From Nageia nagi (lineage: Eukaryota; Plantae; Pinophyta): DNA of 64,000 nucleotides. Numbering within the stretch: the stretch's first letter is position 1; the number at the start of each line of letters is the position of its first letter. The stretch covers positions 1,426,001-1,490,000 of the forward strand of contig JBITNC010000002.1 of the NCBI GenBank assembly GCA_050084985.1. Reading direction: 5' to 3'. Both the position numbers and the translations under genes were made by a program. The notes below the pieces were generated by a model. That model was not told the DNA's origin. It saw nothing but the letters and a program-made list of their open reading frames with translations, and made no database searches. Shown piece after piece: positions 63,719-64,000 of this stretch.

Positions 63719-64000
63719 TGTTGCATAATGGAGCAAGTGAGTTTATGGAGGGACTTGCATTCATTATCAAACCATGAGTTATAGGGATAATGACCATGTT
63801 ATGAACCGTTACACCAAAAGGTCGACCTATTAGTGAATCCGCACACCCAGGATCTTAACATTCCACCACGCTCCGCATCCGACATCCTCGGCGGCTCTCA
63901 CTTGTGGCGGCTCTCACTCTAGTCTTCTCTAGGTAGCCCTTTCCACAGTAGCCCTTTCCGGGGATTCGAACTTGGGACGTATGGCTTGCTCTGATACCAA
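63719..64000 (-). mobile_element. TRIM (terminal-repeat retrotransposon in miniature), cut by the window end
   Basis: 142-bp LTR TGTTG..TTAACA (63719-63860); PPT-like GTGGTGGAA; about 140-bp internal region; perfect Met PBS TGGTATCAGAGC at 63988-63999. Confidence 0.8.

Noticed and set aside
63719-63860. Cassandra TRIM or 5S rRNA
   Set aside because: No 5S A/C-box sequence is recognisable in the LTR

Overview
Plant nuclear DNA. The TE families and the pattern of old nested retroelements fit a gymnosperm best (inference). The window holds one intact host gene, an intronless UND/U-box/ARM-repeat E3 ubiquitin ligase (minus strand, 23284-25356). It sits in a CpG-rich island whose upstream region is dense in G-box, W-box and CGCG motifs. 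Almost everything else is nested TE sequence: two decayed Ogre/Tat-type Ty3/Gypsy elements, several Ty1/Copia elements and solo LTRs, L1-type and RTE-X-like LINEs, two SINEs, three TIR/foldback MITE-like elements and a TRIM. Most notable: (1) a 2.2-kb LTR element with a perfect TATAA TSD and an open 450-aa ORF fusing chromoviral Gag directly to the integrase chromodomain; (2) an LTR element that keeps only an antisense Plant Mobile Domain; (3) a pol-less Copia derivative with a duplicated PBS and a Gag N-terminus joined to an acidic region; (4) a GGG..CCC TIR element with a 4-bp AAAT TSD (Sola-like); (5) a full-length two-ORF RTE-X-like LINE; (6) a homodimeric tRNA-derived SINE; (7) a TRIM carrying a tRNA T-arm-like motif. 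All coordinates and alignments were read by eye. Boundaries without a TSD are approximate.
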